A stretch of DNA of 64,000 bases, taken from NCBI RefSeq assembly GCF_030686945.1, contig NW_027122668.1:60099-124098 (forward strand), in the 5' to 3' direction. The notes beneath the pieces were generated by a model, which did no database searches, was not told where the DNA came from, and saw only the letters and a program-made list of their open reading frames with translations. This document shows positions 23,851 through 36,283 of the stretch, in pieces. The stretch's first letter is position 1; the number at the start of each line of letters is the position of its first letter. The position numbers and the translations under genes are program-made. The DNA is from Centruroides vittatus. Lineage: Eukaryota.

Positions 23851-24849
23851 GGTTTCATGTATTGTTAATATTTTATGGTGACAATTTGTTACACTACAGA
23901 GTTATGCAAAAAAACAAAAATTATTATTTATTATATGTTTGTTTATTGAGTGTTTAATTTATTAATATTGTATAATTTTGTTAACTGTACATGTGTAATT
24001 TATAGTTTCCATGTGCCTGCAAGACAAACAATATGAAAAAATGTTAGTTGATGTTCAGGTTCTATTTATGAGAGAAATGTTTTGTTCATAGAGAACAAAA
24101 CATTTCTTTCTGCCCAAAGAGGACGGTTATGTACTGTCAAAAGTACTTGCAAAATAAATTACTTTTACTGTAACACCGATAGACAGTTGTATGCATTCTT
24201 TTTCTATTAATATTTGGCATGTGTTACTATTTAAAACTTTATTACTGATGGTCATTAAATAACAGAAAACATTACTTCAATAAACATTTTTGCTACCGTA
24301 CAAGATTGTATATAGCTGATTGAGTTATGTATGTCAATCCAATTCAAACTTATTAAAAATTTTTGCTTCAAGAGCAATTTCAATTAATTATATTCTGGTT
24401 TAAACTAGTTAAGAGTATATTCATAATTTACTTTCAAAGGTTTAGTATTTTTATTAAAGTTGAGTTTTCATATTATAGATTAATAGATTATATTTCATAT
24501 TATAGATTATGGACTGCTGTTGTTTGAAATTTTACAAAACTATTCATGAAGCATCTTTGATTTTACACAGATTATCGTCTAGATCCACATGGTAACATTA
24601 AACAATATATAATAATACGGTAGAGTTCCGAAAACTTGACCTAATGTGGACCGAAGGGTGGCAGAGTTTGTGAAAATGCTGGGTTATCGGGAATGGGGTT
24701 AAAAAGAATAAGTACGAGTGTTTCCTCAGAAAATACTGTACTGTACTTGTATGTATTGTTTGCTTGAGAATACAACAGAGAATAAACTGCCCAAATACCA
24801 TTAAACAAAGGAAAAGTATGTACTTCATGAAGGCATAGAGCCTTTACTA

Positions 24850-25260
24850 CATGAAAATGAAAATTAATGAATACACAGTGTACAGTAATTTATCTGATAA
24901 GACAGACCTCAGAAAAATACATTGAGGCATAAAGCTGTCTATAATGAAAATTAACCAGCCGACTTTGCAAAAACTGGCTACTTTTTTTAAAAGAAATGCA
25001 TAATGTCCTGTTGTCTTCTCGCACTGCACTCTGCGTTTTGCTGCTTCATCACAAAGACGACGAAGGAACAGTAAGTCCATTACCGACACACCTTGTTGTT
25101 CAAAATACTGAAGGGTGGTTTCAATAGCCTTTAGTTCCTCACTATGTGATATTTTAGGAGCTTGTACGGTGGAGTCTCAACGTCAATGTCTTCATCATTT
25201 TCCAGCATTTTTTCATTAACTGTGACAGCAGCAATAATTTCTGCATCGGACATAATGCGC
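24850..25260 (-). mobile_element. Degenerate pogo/Tigger-like transposase C-terminal fragment (frameshifted)
   Basis: Minus-strand translations read RVWRIMSDAEII...NDEDIDVE (acidic), then EELKAIETTLQYFEQQGVSVMDLLFLRRLCDEAAKRRVQ. They resemble the C-terminal helices of Tigger/jerky proteins. One frameshift. Confidence 0.3.
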
Positions 25261-27276
25261 CAGACACGTGGTGGAGGAGTGGGAGTGTGGCTGAGTTATC
25301 CAGACTGCCAGGTTATCGAGTGCCGAGTTTTTGGGACTACTGTATATTGTTACAGAAATAGAATATATTTTTTAAGGGCACTATAGAATGTCTGTCTGTT
25401 CTTCGTAATCTCGAGAACGGAGTTAGATAAATGAAAATCGAGACCAAATATGGAAAGCTTAATGGCCGGAGTCCCAATTAGCTATTGATCCGGACCAGAA
25501 GTCACATGATTTCAACTCAAAATTTTCTTGAGAACAGAGTTAGCTAGATGACTGGCATGATTCAATTGTTACAAGGAGAAGTGTGATATATGGGATAAGT
25601 CACTATTAAAATTCAGATCATATATGGAAAGCTTAGGGACCAGAGATCCAGATTAACTATACACGAATCTCCAGTATGAACCATAAGTCGTGATTATTTT
25701 AAAAAATTAAACGGTGAACTAAAAATTGTTGGCTGGCATTGTGACAATGTCACGAAAAATAATTGTTTGCATTATTTATTATTTATTACTACTATAAGAT
25801 TCCTATATGCTTGCTTACAGAACTGAAACAAAAACTAACTTTTTATGTCCCTGACAATATATATTTAATTTCAGAGAGAAGAAAATGATTGGTGAATTAG
25901 AATTTTGACTAATTAATCATTTTTGTCCTATGAGAATTGAAATATATGCACTGCCCTAATAATCTATTTATATAATCAAGACAAGTTGATAATAATAATG
26001 ATAATAATCAGCGCATAGCCCAAACGGTTAGGAGTTGAAAGTTGAAATTTGGTACACAGTTAGTGTGCATTCTCGTGACGTACCCTAAGAAGGGATTTTT
26101 CGAAATTCCCACGGGGAGAGGGACAGGATTAAGGCTTAACACTTCCATCAGCAGTGGAATTGTTAAGAGAAAGCGACGTGCATGACACAGATGCAGTTTT
26201 TTCATTTTTGCGGGAAATTGAACATATTTTTAGACCCATCCAAAAATTCTCTAATTAGTCTGGAAACAGGGGGACCCAATTCTTGCATTCTGCTAAAACG
26301 GGTAAGGTTGACTATAATGTAATAATCTTAATCTTCGCTATCGTTACTTTTGCCTGAGCAGTGCCATGCCTACCTGCTAGTAATAACATAATAATTACAC
26401 TTTATTAATATATGTGGATTGTCCTTTAATTTATTTATAATTATTATCTGTAACTGTGGGAATTTATAGTACAGACTGCCCTCAACTGTTGAACATCTTC
26501 ACTCTTTTGTAAATAATTCTTTTGTATCCCTAAATCATGTTTTATATTCCAAATTAGGACTTTTGTACACTAAAAAATCTAACAAGGTAAAAATTTTGAT
26601 TATTTTTTTAGCTAGTCTAAGTGTGAGAACCTGGAGGCCATCTGACATGTTTTCCCACATTTAAAGGAGATTTAATTAATTTTGTTTTTATTATTTAAAA
26701 ATGTTGAGAATTTGCTTTTTCAAAATAGTCATTAAATTCTACTTTACTTTTGAATTTAGTTAATGAGGGAAAAGGAACTTTCTTTTCTGTTTGGCATTTG
26801 GTTGAACTTAGATCATTTCCCTCGATTATCTTATCGAGGGAAAGTTGTGACACATCTTGCGGCGCAATTCACCCCCAGTTCCTGTCACATGGTGTTTCTT
26901 AATAACTCCTCGTTGGAGGAGATTCGGATTATAAAAGTCGAGAACACCAAATTTTCGGGGTTTGTTTTCGTGTATATTACCTTCCTAGCGCCACTCGGAT
27001 TAAATTAAACTAACCACTTTGACTAATTTGAGTCTGTCAAATGGTTAGTTTCTTATTTAGAACTGACAGGACCCTGATAGTTTAGAGGCAGAGATTTTAC
27101 TGTTCTCTCCACCCACTCACTTTAGCAAAAACTATGGGATCTCACATAAGTATGAATTTATTTTGAAATTAAAAACAGTATTATAATTAAATATCCATTT
27201 TTTACTTTTACTTTAAGAAAGCTTAAATATTACAATGAAATTTTCTAAATATTTAAACAAAGACTTTCTTTCATAG

Positions 27277-27364
27277 ATTCAAACTTAAAGTAGGAGTGGA
27301 TATAAATGATGACAAAAGACGATTAACTCTTATGAGAAATTTGATTGGACCAAATAATACTTTG
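27277..27364 (+). CDS. ENOSF1: ENOSF1-like exon 10
   Basis: FKLKVGVDINDDKRRLTLMRNLIGPNNTL versus human FKVKVGADLQDDMRRCQIIRDMIGPEKTL. It follows a 3.7-kb intron. Confidence 0.85.
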
Positions 27365-27550
27365 GTAAGAATTTTATAACATTTCATTATTATTAATATT
27401 TAGCATGAATGAATATAACTTCGTTTAACAATTTCTTTAATACCAAATTGAAAACATGGTTTAGATAATAATACACACAGTAAATCTCCACTTTACAATT
27501 ACTTACTGTATAAAAATAGAAACATTTTTAAGCCTGATAGTTATATTAGC

Positions 27551-27776
27551 GAGGTTGAGGCCGAAGTTTTAAACGTGAAAACGTGTACGTTGGACGTTCA
27601 GCACCACTTTTCTGTAAGCCTAGAAGTTTGACAATGGCATTTGGAATATCGAGCATGATCTCACTGACTTTCTAGACACCATTGTCAAACTTCTAGGCTT
27701 ACAGGAAAGTGGTGCTGAACGTCCAACGTACACGTTTTTGCGTTTAAAACTTCGACCTCAACCTCACTATTTACTC
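27551..27776. repeat. Foldback MITE (~105-bp arms) inside an ENOSF1 intron
   Basis: GAGGTTGAGGCCGAAGTTTTAAACGTGAAAACGTGTACGTTGGACGTTCAGCACCACTTTTCTGTAAGCCTAGAAGTTTGACAATGG is inverted downstream. Confidence 0.7.
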
Positions 27777-28002
27777 ACATATTGCACTTGCTCCCATGGC
27801 AGCTACACTTGAACGGCATCTTGATGGTGTTTTGAAAGTACTCAGATGAAAAAAAAAGAAGAAATTAACTGAAAGTGTTTTAATGTTATGTTTCTGTGGA
27901 GGAAGTAGAGTTAGATTACTAAGGTTTAATGAAAATAATCAAATAAATTCAATGTATAACCTAAGTTTTAATATTTTAATTATAAAAAGTATATTCTTTT
28001 AG

Positions 28003-28137
28003 ATGGTTGATGCCAACCAATGTTGGGATGTTAATGAAGCAATTAATTGGATGAAACAACTAAAAGAGTTTAATCTTTTATGGATTGAAGAACCAACAAG
28101 TCCCGATGATATTTTAGGACACGCCACTATAGCTAAG
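28003..28137 (+). CDS. ENOSF1: ENOSF1-like exon 11
   Basis: [45 protein letters not shown] is a near-identical block to human MMDANQRWDV...[20 protein letters not shown]. Confidence 0.9.
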
Positions 28138-29151
28138 GTAATATTAATTTTTTCTGATCTGTATGTGTGAATTAATGCGATATCTTAAAGCTTGGCACCG
28201 TACTGTGATATTACAAGGATCAAACCAGTACAGTACATTCGGGCAACAAAAATTATCCTCCGACGTAATATCTTGCTTCAGCGGGAAGCTGTCTACAAAT
28301 ATATTCTGCACGGATATACTGTTATACGTACTGTTGATATAATGATAATATAATGCATTTTGAAAATGATAATTAAAAAAACTAATATATTATGTCAGAC
28401 ATTAGTTACTGTCATCAATTTAAAAAATACAAGAATAATAAAAATACACACAGAAAAATATCTTTTATCATCATTGTTTTCAAAGTAGAAAATTCAGATA
28501 AATGCCTTGAATATAAAGTAGATTCTCATTAATCTTCAAACTGGACACTAGTCTCCATCTGATTCCTATTTAAATCAATATAAAACTTTCTTGGTAATTA
28601 GAACTTTATTGTGCCACCTCCTATTTATTGAAATCAAAAGCATGTACTAGTAGATTTTATTTCAACTGTATGGAGTTTGTCAATTCATTCTAGTGCCAAA
28701 ACAGCTTGTTTTTGAATAAATTTATCGGCAATAAATGCTTGTTATAGTTTATATATTTGTCTGCGAGGACTGGGCTTATTAATAGGACGTATTTGCACTG
28801 GTGTTCTGGTTTTTGCAACTGAGGAAAAACCAAAATGCCAGTGCAATACGTCCTATTAATAAGCTCGGTCCTTGTAGACAAATATATAACAAATTGTAGA
28901 AAATAAGAACAGATGCATATGAATTAGCTTGTTACAGTGTTTTTCATAGCCTTTTGGTGGTTATAAGTCTCATTTTAGGATACCCTGTTTATACTTTTAT
29001 GTTTTAATTAACTTGTAAAGCATTAAAATGAGAATTGCATGCATTACTAAAATACATTTTTAAAAATTTGACACATTCTTGAGTCTTAAATTAATAAAAT
29101 CAGTTTATTTTGAAAACAGAATGACAACAATTAATTATAATTAAATTCTAG

Positions 29152-29323
29152 GCACTAAATCCATTGAAAATTGGTGTAGCAACTGGTGAACATTGTCAAA
29201 ACAGGGTAATGTTTAAACAGTTCATGCAGGCAGGAGCCTTACAATTCTGTCAGATTGATTGCTGCAGATTGGGCGGTGTTAACGAAGTAATAGCAGTATA
29301 TATTATGGCTGCAAAATTTGGAA
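29152..29323 (+). CDS. ENOSF1: ENOSF1-like exon 12
   Basis: [57 protein letters not shown] versus human ALVPLGIGIATGEQCHNRVIFKQLLQAKALQFLQIDSCRLGSVNE. Confidence 0.9.
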
Positions 29324-29411
29324 GTAAGTAAATTTTAAATAAATTTTTAGAGGTTTGTTTGAATAGAAAAAAAAAAATTTATTTTCCATTCTTTCCCTTT
29401 TAAATATTCAG

Positions 29412-29511
29412 TTCCAGTATGTCCTCATGCAGGAGGAGTTGGTCTCTGTGAACTAGTTCAACATATTGCAATGTGGGATTATATTTGCCTAAGTGGAAAT
29501 TTAGAAAATAG
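29412..29511 (+). CDS. ENOSF1: ENOSF1-like exon 13
   Basis: (I)[32 protein letters not shown](R) versus human [34 protein letters not shown]. Confidence 0.9.
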
Positions 29512-30528
29512 GTAATTGATTTTAATAATAGGTGTTGTGGATAAACTAGTTTTAGTTATTTTAATTTTGAAACAAAGTACAGTGGTAAACCAAACGATTG
29601 CCAGATTTTCGGCTACTTTACCGCTACTATTAATGATTAAATATTATGTAATTTGGTACTAGAGGGATATGTTAAGTGCCATCTCTTTATTAAATTTGTG
29701 TAACTGGCAATGCATCTGCACGGAAAGCGGGAGTTACAGGTTTGAGTCCTACTCTGATCTGACATTTATGCCTATGTTTTAATTTTCTTATCTTATTCTT
29801 CACTTAGAGAGGGTAAGATGGTACTAGGGGCATCGCCAGGATCCTCCTAGTTAACTCTGTCCAGTATAGGAAAAATATTATTGGAGACTGTAAATTAAAT
29901 TGATTATTTATTTATTTACATGAAGTAAGTTTATCACACATTTTTTAATGAAACCAAATGATTACTGGATTTAAATCAAGCTACTCTACCCCTAATAATA
30001 ATAATTAAATATGAAGTAATTTGGTACTAGAGGTAGACTTATTAAATTTAATAAGAGATGGCACCTAATAATTATAATTAAATTAATATTTATTAAATAA
30101 TTTAGAATATTCTGGAAGAAAAGGATCCTCCCAGAACAAAAAAAAACCGCAGATGCATCGCCAGTTAAGCTACTTGGATTTCCATTTGATGCCTTGCTTC
30201 AAAACATAGATATAACCATCCGCAGTTACTTATGGCATCAACTGGGGACACCTACAGTACCTCTAGTATTTAATTATTTATAGTAGCAGTAAAGTGGCCT
30301 GACTTATATCTGACAATTGTTTGGTTTCATTATAAAAATATTCGCTTTCAGATGTTAACAATTAAAAAAATAATGAAACAAACATATACATCACGTATTA
30401 TATGTGAACACTATTTCTTGGATAAAATGAATATTAGGAAATGCTCAGACAAAAGCATTAAATGACAAGGAAAGATTTGTTTCTAGTGATTCTTGATGGA
30501 AATTAAGAGCGATCAATATAAATTATTA

Positions 30529-30753
30529 GGTTAATGTTACCTTAGGTGCCAAGATGGCTGCTCGTCTCTGATTCCAGCAAGGAAACAGTGGGACGCACGT
30601 TCTAACCTAACCTATTCTAATAAATTACCATAATTATTAGCAACCAAATTATTAGAATAGGTTAGGTTAGGTTAGGTTAGAACGTGCGTCCCACTGTTTT
30701 CTTGCTGGAATTAGAGACGAGCCGCCATCTTGGCACATAAGGTAACATTAACC
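30529..30753. mobile_element. MITE (hAT-like, 8-bp TSD AATTATTA), TIR GGTTAATGTTACCTTAGGTGCCAAGATGGC, internal (TTAGG)4
   Basis: A near-perfect ~100-bp inverted repeat. Flanking AATTATTA appears at 30521-28 and 30754-61. The core carries AGGTTAGGTTAGGTTAGGTTAG. Confidence 0.7.
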
Positions 30754-30852
30754 AATTATTATTTGGAAAGGCTGATTTTATTCTGAGTCATTCAAGCACT
30801 ATTTTAAGAGAAACAAATTCAGATTATTACAATTGGGAATTTACTTTAATAG

Positions 30853-30934
30853 GATGATTGAATATGTGGATCATCTACATGAACATTTCAAGGTTCCTAT
30901 AAAAATGAAGGATTCTAATTATTTAGTTCCTAAG
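30853..30934 (+). CDS. ENOSF1: ENOSF1-like exon 14
   Basis: MIEYVDHLHEHFKVPIKMKDSNYLVPK versus human VCEYVDHLHEHFKYPVMIQRASYMPPK. AG acceptor, GTAAGA donor. Confidence 0.85.
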
Positions 30935-31222
30935 GTAAGAAAACTTGTTAAATTTTAAGAACATAAAGTATTACCTAAAATTTCATAATATACAGATTGG
31001 AAATTGTTCCAAACTTTTAGATTTTCAGGTGTAACTGTGTTTACTTTTATCAATTATTAATTCAAAAAGAAAAAAATAAGGTTATGACTGATCTATTTAT
31101 GTAAATGAAACAACGTTTTCTACTAATAACTGTTACAAATTGATTAAAAAAGCTAATATAGTGAACTACAACAACAATAATGGTGATAGAAATTTTTTAA
31201 ACAATTTTTCTATATATATTAG

Positions 31223-31324
31223 GAACCAGGTTACAGTGCCGAGATGAAAAAGGATTCTTTAGAAATGTACGAGTATCCCACTGGTGTAAAATGGGTGGAA
31301 TTACTTTCCAAAAAGTCGAATTAA
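31223..31324 (+). CDS. ENOSF1: ENOSF1-like terminal exon 15 (includes stop)
   Basis: EPGYSAEMKKDSLEMYEYPTGVKWVELLSKKSN* versus human DPGYSTEMKEESVKKHQYPDGEVW. The 15-exon model sums to 440 codons; human ENOSF1 is 443 aa. Confidence 0.85.
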   Translation, partial: EPGYSAEMKKDSLEMYEYPTGVKWVELLSKKSN

Positions 31325-32748
31325 TTGAAATTGTTTATAAAAAGATGTGTATGTCTAGTCTAGAAGAGAAATTAAGTAACAGAATAGTTGCGTGTAAAAT
31401 TACTTTAATCCATGTTGGTTGAACAAGTATTATGTTTTTATTCACTATACATTAAATTTAATGAGTAGCAATTGTGTGTAAGTGTTATGAATTTTGATTT
31501 CTATCTTGATACACTTCTAGAATATTAAATCACAAGTTCAAAAATGCATTGATAATATTCACGCAGTGTATATGCTAATTACTATACTGTGAACATTTTC
31601 ATTACATCATCACTTTACAAACTTTTAATAAGGTGATATGCATTCAAGAACTATTCACTGCTTATTAATCTAAGACATTTTTGTTGTCAAAAATCATATC
31701 CTAACTATAAAACAGGTTTTGGGATCATATCAATTATAAACATTCCATTGTCGTTAATATTTACTCAGCAAAGCTATTCAATTCTCCTGTACTGAAAAGA
31801 ATGTGCAAGAAAATGTTGATTCTTGAAACGTACAATCATCACACCTCTAAAATTTATTTATTTTAGTTTACAGTGCAATAAACTTTTGAGTATAAATAAC
31901 TAGCTTAACTGACAGTAAATTGCATTATTATTATGAAGAAGTTATTCAACTGTTACTTCTGAATTGGTCTGTGAAAACAGGAAAATTAAAAGACTTTTTA
32001 AAAGTTACATAAAAATATAAGTCTCCATTACTTCAAATTGAAGAAACTCCTGGGAAATGTCGTCTTTATGACTTTATGCAATATTTTAGAGTATTTAAAA
32101 CAAAACATTGCATTTTATAGAAATTAAAAAAAATAAAGTTTATTCAAAAATCATTGTAAGATAAATCACTTGAAGATATCTTAACTCCAAACAGCACATG
32201 ATTAACTGTTCTGCTATGTTATAGTCATGAAAAATATATAAAATTAGATTTTAGAACAAAAGTGGATAAACTTTTGCACCATTTGAAATGATATAGACTG
32301 ATAAAAATTATCAATTTGTTCTGCATTCATTGATTGTGGAACACAAGATGATATAGATATAACAATTCGATTTTGCTTCTGTAAATTTTCTTCAATTAAA
32401 GCCAAACTGTCCATAACTATAGCTTAAATTCCACGCAATCAGCAGCGCCCGTGTGCAATACCAATTATTCCGCCCCTGTTTAACTAAGACTACCTACACT
32501 GAGCTTGCCAGCAATACCAATTTGCCGCCCGCGTGCGGTGGGCCTGCATGCAATGGTTTCCAGTTTACAAAAATTGGATGAAATAACTGAAAAGCATATT
32601 GAATATTTTGAAAATGAAACATACAAGAACTTTGTTAACTACACAAATTGTTTATTGTTAAAATTATAAATATATAAAATTTAAATAAATTTTATTTTGA
32701 GTATTTTAAGAAAGTTCTCAATGATTTTTACTAGAGAAATTTTGTATT

Positions 32749-32922
32749 CTATATGACACTATAATATATTTGACGATTTTCAAAAAATTCTTGAAACTTT
32801 ATCAAGTTATTATTACATTCGGTAGGATCGAACAGAGGTAATTCTCCTCCGTAATCGGCTGGAAGATGTCGAGGATCGATGTATTTATGTAAAGATTCCA
32901 TACCAGAACTATGGAGATGGAC
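32749..32922 (-). CDS. CRAL-TRIO protein terminal exon 5 (includes stop)
   Basis: VHLHSSGMESLHKYIDPRHLPADYGGELPLFDPTECNNNLIKFQEFFENRQIYYSVI* contains the CRAL-TRIO C-terminal motif (ih.hg...L...i....LP.eyGG). The 5-exon model gives 273 aa. Confidence 0.8.
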   Translation of the reverse strand, partial: VHLHSSGMESLHKYIDPRHLPADYGGELPLFDPTECNNNLIKFQEFFENRQIYYSVI

Positions 32923-32993
32923 CTAAACATTTTAAAAATTTATATATATTACTGAATGGTTAATTGTATATATTTGGACAACACTATCCTTAC

Positions 32994-33104
32994 CCTTTTC
33001 TTTATCTTGTATGGAATAAATGGGTAGAATGCCATATAAAATGCATGTACAAATTTTCCAATATTAACTACATGAATTCCTTTAAATTTAACTGGGAGAG
33101 ATTG
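32994..33104 (-). CDS. CRAL-TRIO protein exon 4
   Basis: QSLPVKFKGIHVVNIGKFVHAFYMAFYPFIPYKIKKR matches the CRAL-TRIO block YPerlkkihfvNaP.if..lw.l.kPFl..k...K. GTAAGG donor. Confidence 0.8.
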
Positions 33105-33180
33105 CTGAAATGAAATATGTATACGCATTAATTTATAATATACTTTTTATTATAAATATATTAAATGAAATTTTACTTAC

Positions 33181-33374
33181 AAATAATAAAGAAATTATGG
33201 CATGAACTGTACTTGGTGTTAAGTGCAGAAGATGCCTCCACGATAATGTTTTAGCATCCAAAATCAATACAAAACCATTAACTTGAAGTAAATGTCCTGT
33301 TAATCCTGCATCTAAGAACAGCAGGAGACCTTTTATAATAGTTTTGAAAGACATTTTTGAAGGATCCCAATAAG
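33181..33374 (-). CDS. CRAL-TRIO protein exon 3 (lipid-binding domain)
   Basis: (P)YWDPSKMSFKTIIKGLLLFLDAGLTGHLLQVNGFVLILDAKTLSWRHLLHLTPSTVHAIISLLF matches the CRAL-TRIO core (WDPsk..qvnG.vvivDlkGls..hl). Phase joins exon 2 to give GIGRCPYWDP. Confidence 0.8.
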
Positions 33375-35238
33375 CTAAGGGAAACAAAACTATATATAAA
33401 CATTTCTCGGTTTAATTATGAGTAATTATTAACAGATATAATAAAATTTCTCAATGAGTAACACTTGATTATCAGTTCCATGTTAACAAATTATAGCTAT
33501 TTTATCAACTCAATTATCTAATATGATCTTTACATCAATTTTGATTATCAAAATTGATGTAAAGTATTGATAATTTCAATTAGAATCTTCGTGTGGATTT
33601 CATCTTTTGCAGTTGGAAGAAGACCTCTACAATAGAAGAAACTATTGCTTTTAATGGAGCAATAAATTTAATAACATTTAAGCTATTTTTAACTCAAAGA
33701 ATGTTACTATTATTGCAGAAATTGGCAAAAAATCAAACAATTACTGGCTCAGTTTTTTTTGTGTAAATTCTATGTAAGGTTTTTTTTTACGTAAAAATTT
33801 TCAAAGTCTATATAAATAAATAAGATACTTAATATTACAATGTTTCAATTTATATTTTAATTTCTGAATTGTTCTAATATAATGTAGTGACATCGTGATT
33901 ACTATAACGACAATCTTACAATGTGTTATAATATGGCTAATCATCTGCAAAATATGGAAAGTAAATAGTTTATTTTCATTAAGATGGGTATCTTGATGTT
34001 TGAATCTAATGATAAAAAATTAGTGAGGAACGCTTGGTTAGAAAATTCTCTTACGTATTTGTGATAAAACGGTAATGAAAATAAGTGATAATGAATATTT
34101 AGTTATCTTCAATATCAATGAGATATTATGATTAAACAAACAAGATTAGCTTCTTAGGACAGAAGTCACTAAACGCACATCTCATAGATTCCAAAGTAAA
34201 TATCGTATGTAGTCTATTTTTTGTTTTTATTAATTTTATTGGCTGTCATTTGAAGATATATATTGTGGCCAGTGCCGTAACTAGCCATTCCTGTGCCCTG
34301 TGCAAGAATTTGCAATTAGGCCCCTTAATTAATTAGATTTTGGAAAATAATAAAACAAAATACATGCATTTTGGGCCCCTTCCAAGTGGGCCCTGTGTGG
34401 ATGCACCTGTTGCACCTGCCTAGTTATAGCACTGATTGTGGCTATTTTGAAAGATAAAAAATAGCATTAACAAAATGTACAATGAAATTCTAATTTTATA
34501 CAAAATTGAAAAGCTGTAAATAGCAATACGATAGATTTCAGTGAACATAATTATGTAACAATGCTACTATAACATCAACATATGATCAAGTGCCAATGGA
34601 ACCCAATGCTCAAATTAATGTTAAGACTTACAGCTCATTAAATACGAAAAAATATTCTAAAGAGACTCCTAACGTGGTTAATGAAATGTCACTAAAGTAA
34701 TGATATATTAAAAAAATGTTAAGATCTACATACAACTGATTAAAAAATATTGTATTTGTTTATGAAGTGTATATACTTTGATCAGTGTCTAAATATTTAG
34801 CAATTTATATCTAAATCTTGAAACTTATCTTGTATCTATGATGATTGCCTAGTCTAGGCAAATCTTATGAAAAATTACAAATTAGATACAAGTAGTTATG
34901 AAAAATCAGACATTACAAGTGTCAATAGAGGGAAGTCATTTTTTAAAGTGAGAATGGAATCAATGCCCCTTTGGATACTAAGTTGAATTCTTTACAACTA
35001 TATTTTAATATATAATTATTGATATATTATCATATCAATCATTTTATCAGGACTTTAAAATAAAAACAAAATGTACAGTACGTATTTAAAATAAAATATG
35101 TCAGTTTAAAGGTAACAATTATATAAATCTGAACAATCCTCCAATACAAATAATCTACAGATGTGCGTAATGCTACTTCTTAAAAAGTTTTGTACGAATT
35201 ACTATTATAATTTTAATTGTAATTTTTACTATACTTAC

Positions 35239-35478
35239 GACATCTACCAATTCCCACAATTTGCCCTTTGTCATCAGTATGAGTAAAATATCCATGTACT
35301 TTCATATCAAGGTATTCCTTCATAGCTAATGGACTATAATCTCCAAATACATCTTGATTCTTTTGTCTCGACGATAAATAATTTTTTAATAGTTTCAATG
35401 CTCTTTCTCTTTCGAACTTTCTAGCTCTGAGGAAACTCAGGAGGAACATGTCGTCTAACGGACAGTTTATGTTTTGCT
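35239..35478 (-). CDS. CRAL-TRIO protein exon 2 (CRAL_TRIO_N region)
   Basis: EQNINCPLDDMFLLSFLRARKFERERALKLLKNYLSSRQKNQDVF...HTDDKGQIVGIGRC. This is the textbook CRAL_TRIO_N motif FLLRFLRARKFdverA. CTTGCAG acceptor, GTAAGT donor. Confidence 0.8.
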
Positions 35479-35626
35479 CTGCAAGATGTATGGAATTAAT
35501 TAATTGAAACTACTTAACTTACATGTACAGTACATATCCGAATTAATTATATGCTGCCATTCTGCATTTCACGTAATCAAAAATCTTTTCGTGGGTAAAT
35601 TAATTGAACATTTATAAATCTCTTAC

Positions 35627-35729
35627 CTATAACGATATTTCTGAAGGTTTCCAGTTCATTTTCGTTCCAAGAAGTATAATCTTTTCTTTCTTTTTTACTA
35701 AAATCTTGAAAAAGCTCATCTACATCCAT
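35627..35729 (-). CDS. CRAL-TRIO domain protein (alpha-tocopherol transfer protein-like / clavesin-like) exon 1 with putative start
   Basis: MDVDELFQDFSKKERKDYTSWNENELETFRNIVI. An in-frame upstream TAA makes this the first ATG in frame. GTAAGAG donor. Confidence 0.55.
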
Positions 35730-36116
35730 CACTTTAAATTCTTGAAAATAAATAAAATCATTTTATTTTATGGTTCAGGCTGTTTCAGCTTTACTAAACA
35801 ATCAAAAACTTGAAACTTTTAAAGTAATTATTACAAAAAATGTTATTAATACCTAATTTTCATACTCTATTGTATTGCAATTAGATTTATAACACTTATA
35901 CCTTGAAATTTGGATAAGGAAGCCATCGAAAGAGTTCTGCCTTCCAACTGGTAAATCTATTGATTAATTCTGTCAAAATGATTTTGAAAATGATCAGGTT
36001 TCAAACTTTGCACTTCACTTATCAGAAATATTATAAATTATCTCTGTTGCTTTTTTTCGGTGCTGATATACAACTTAATTCACGTCACTGTTTATGTGAA
36101 TCTTTTATTTTTGTGC

Positions 36117-36283
36117 AGAGACAGTAGACCCCCCCTATAACTCGGGTTCCTATAACTCGGATTCGTATAACACGGCGAAAAAATTGCGATCGTGTTCATA
36201 TAACACGCTAAGAGAGACTCGTACAACACGGAATTCATATAACGCAGAACGTATTACCATGTTATAGGGGGGTCTGCTGTATT
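36117..36283. mobile_element. Small MITE, TIR ACAGTAGACCCCCCCTATAAC
   Basis: Terminal inverted repeat of ~21 bp. Internal TATAAC-containing degenerate repeats. Confidence 0.45.
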
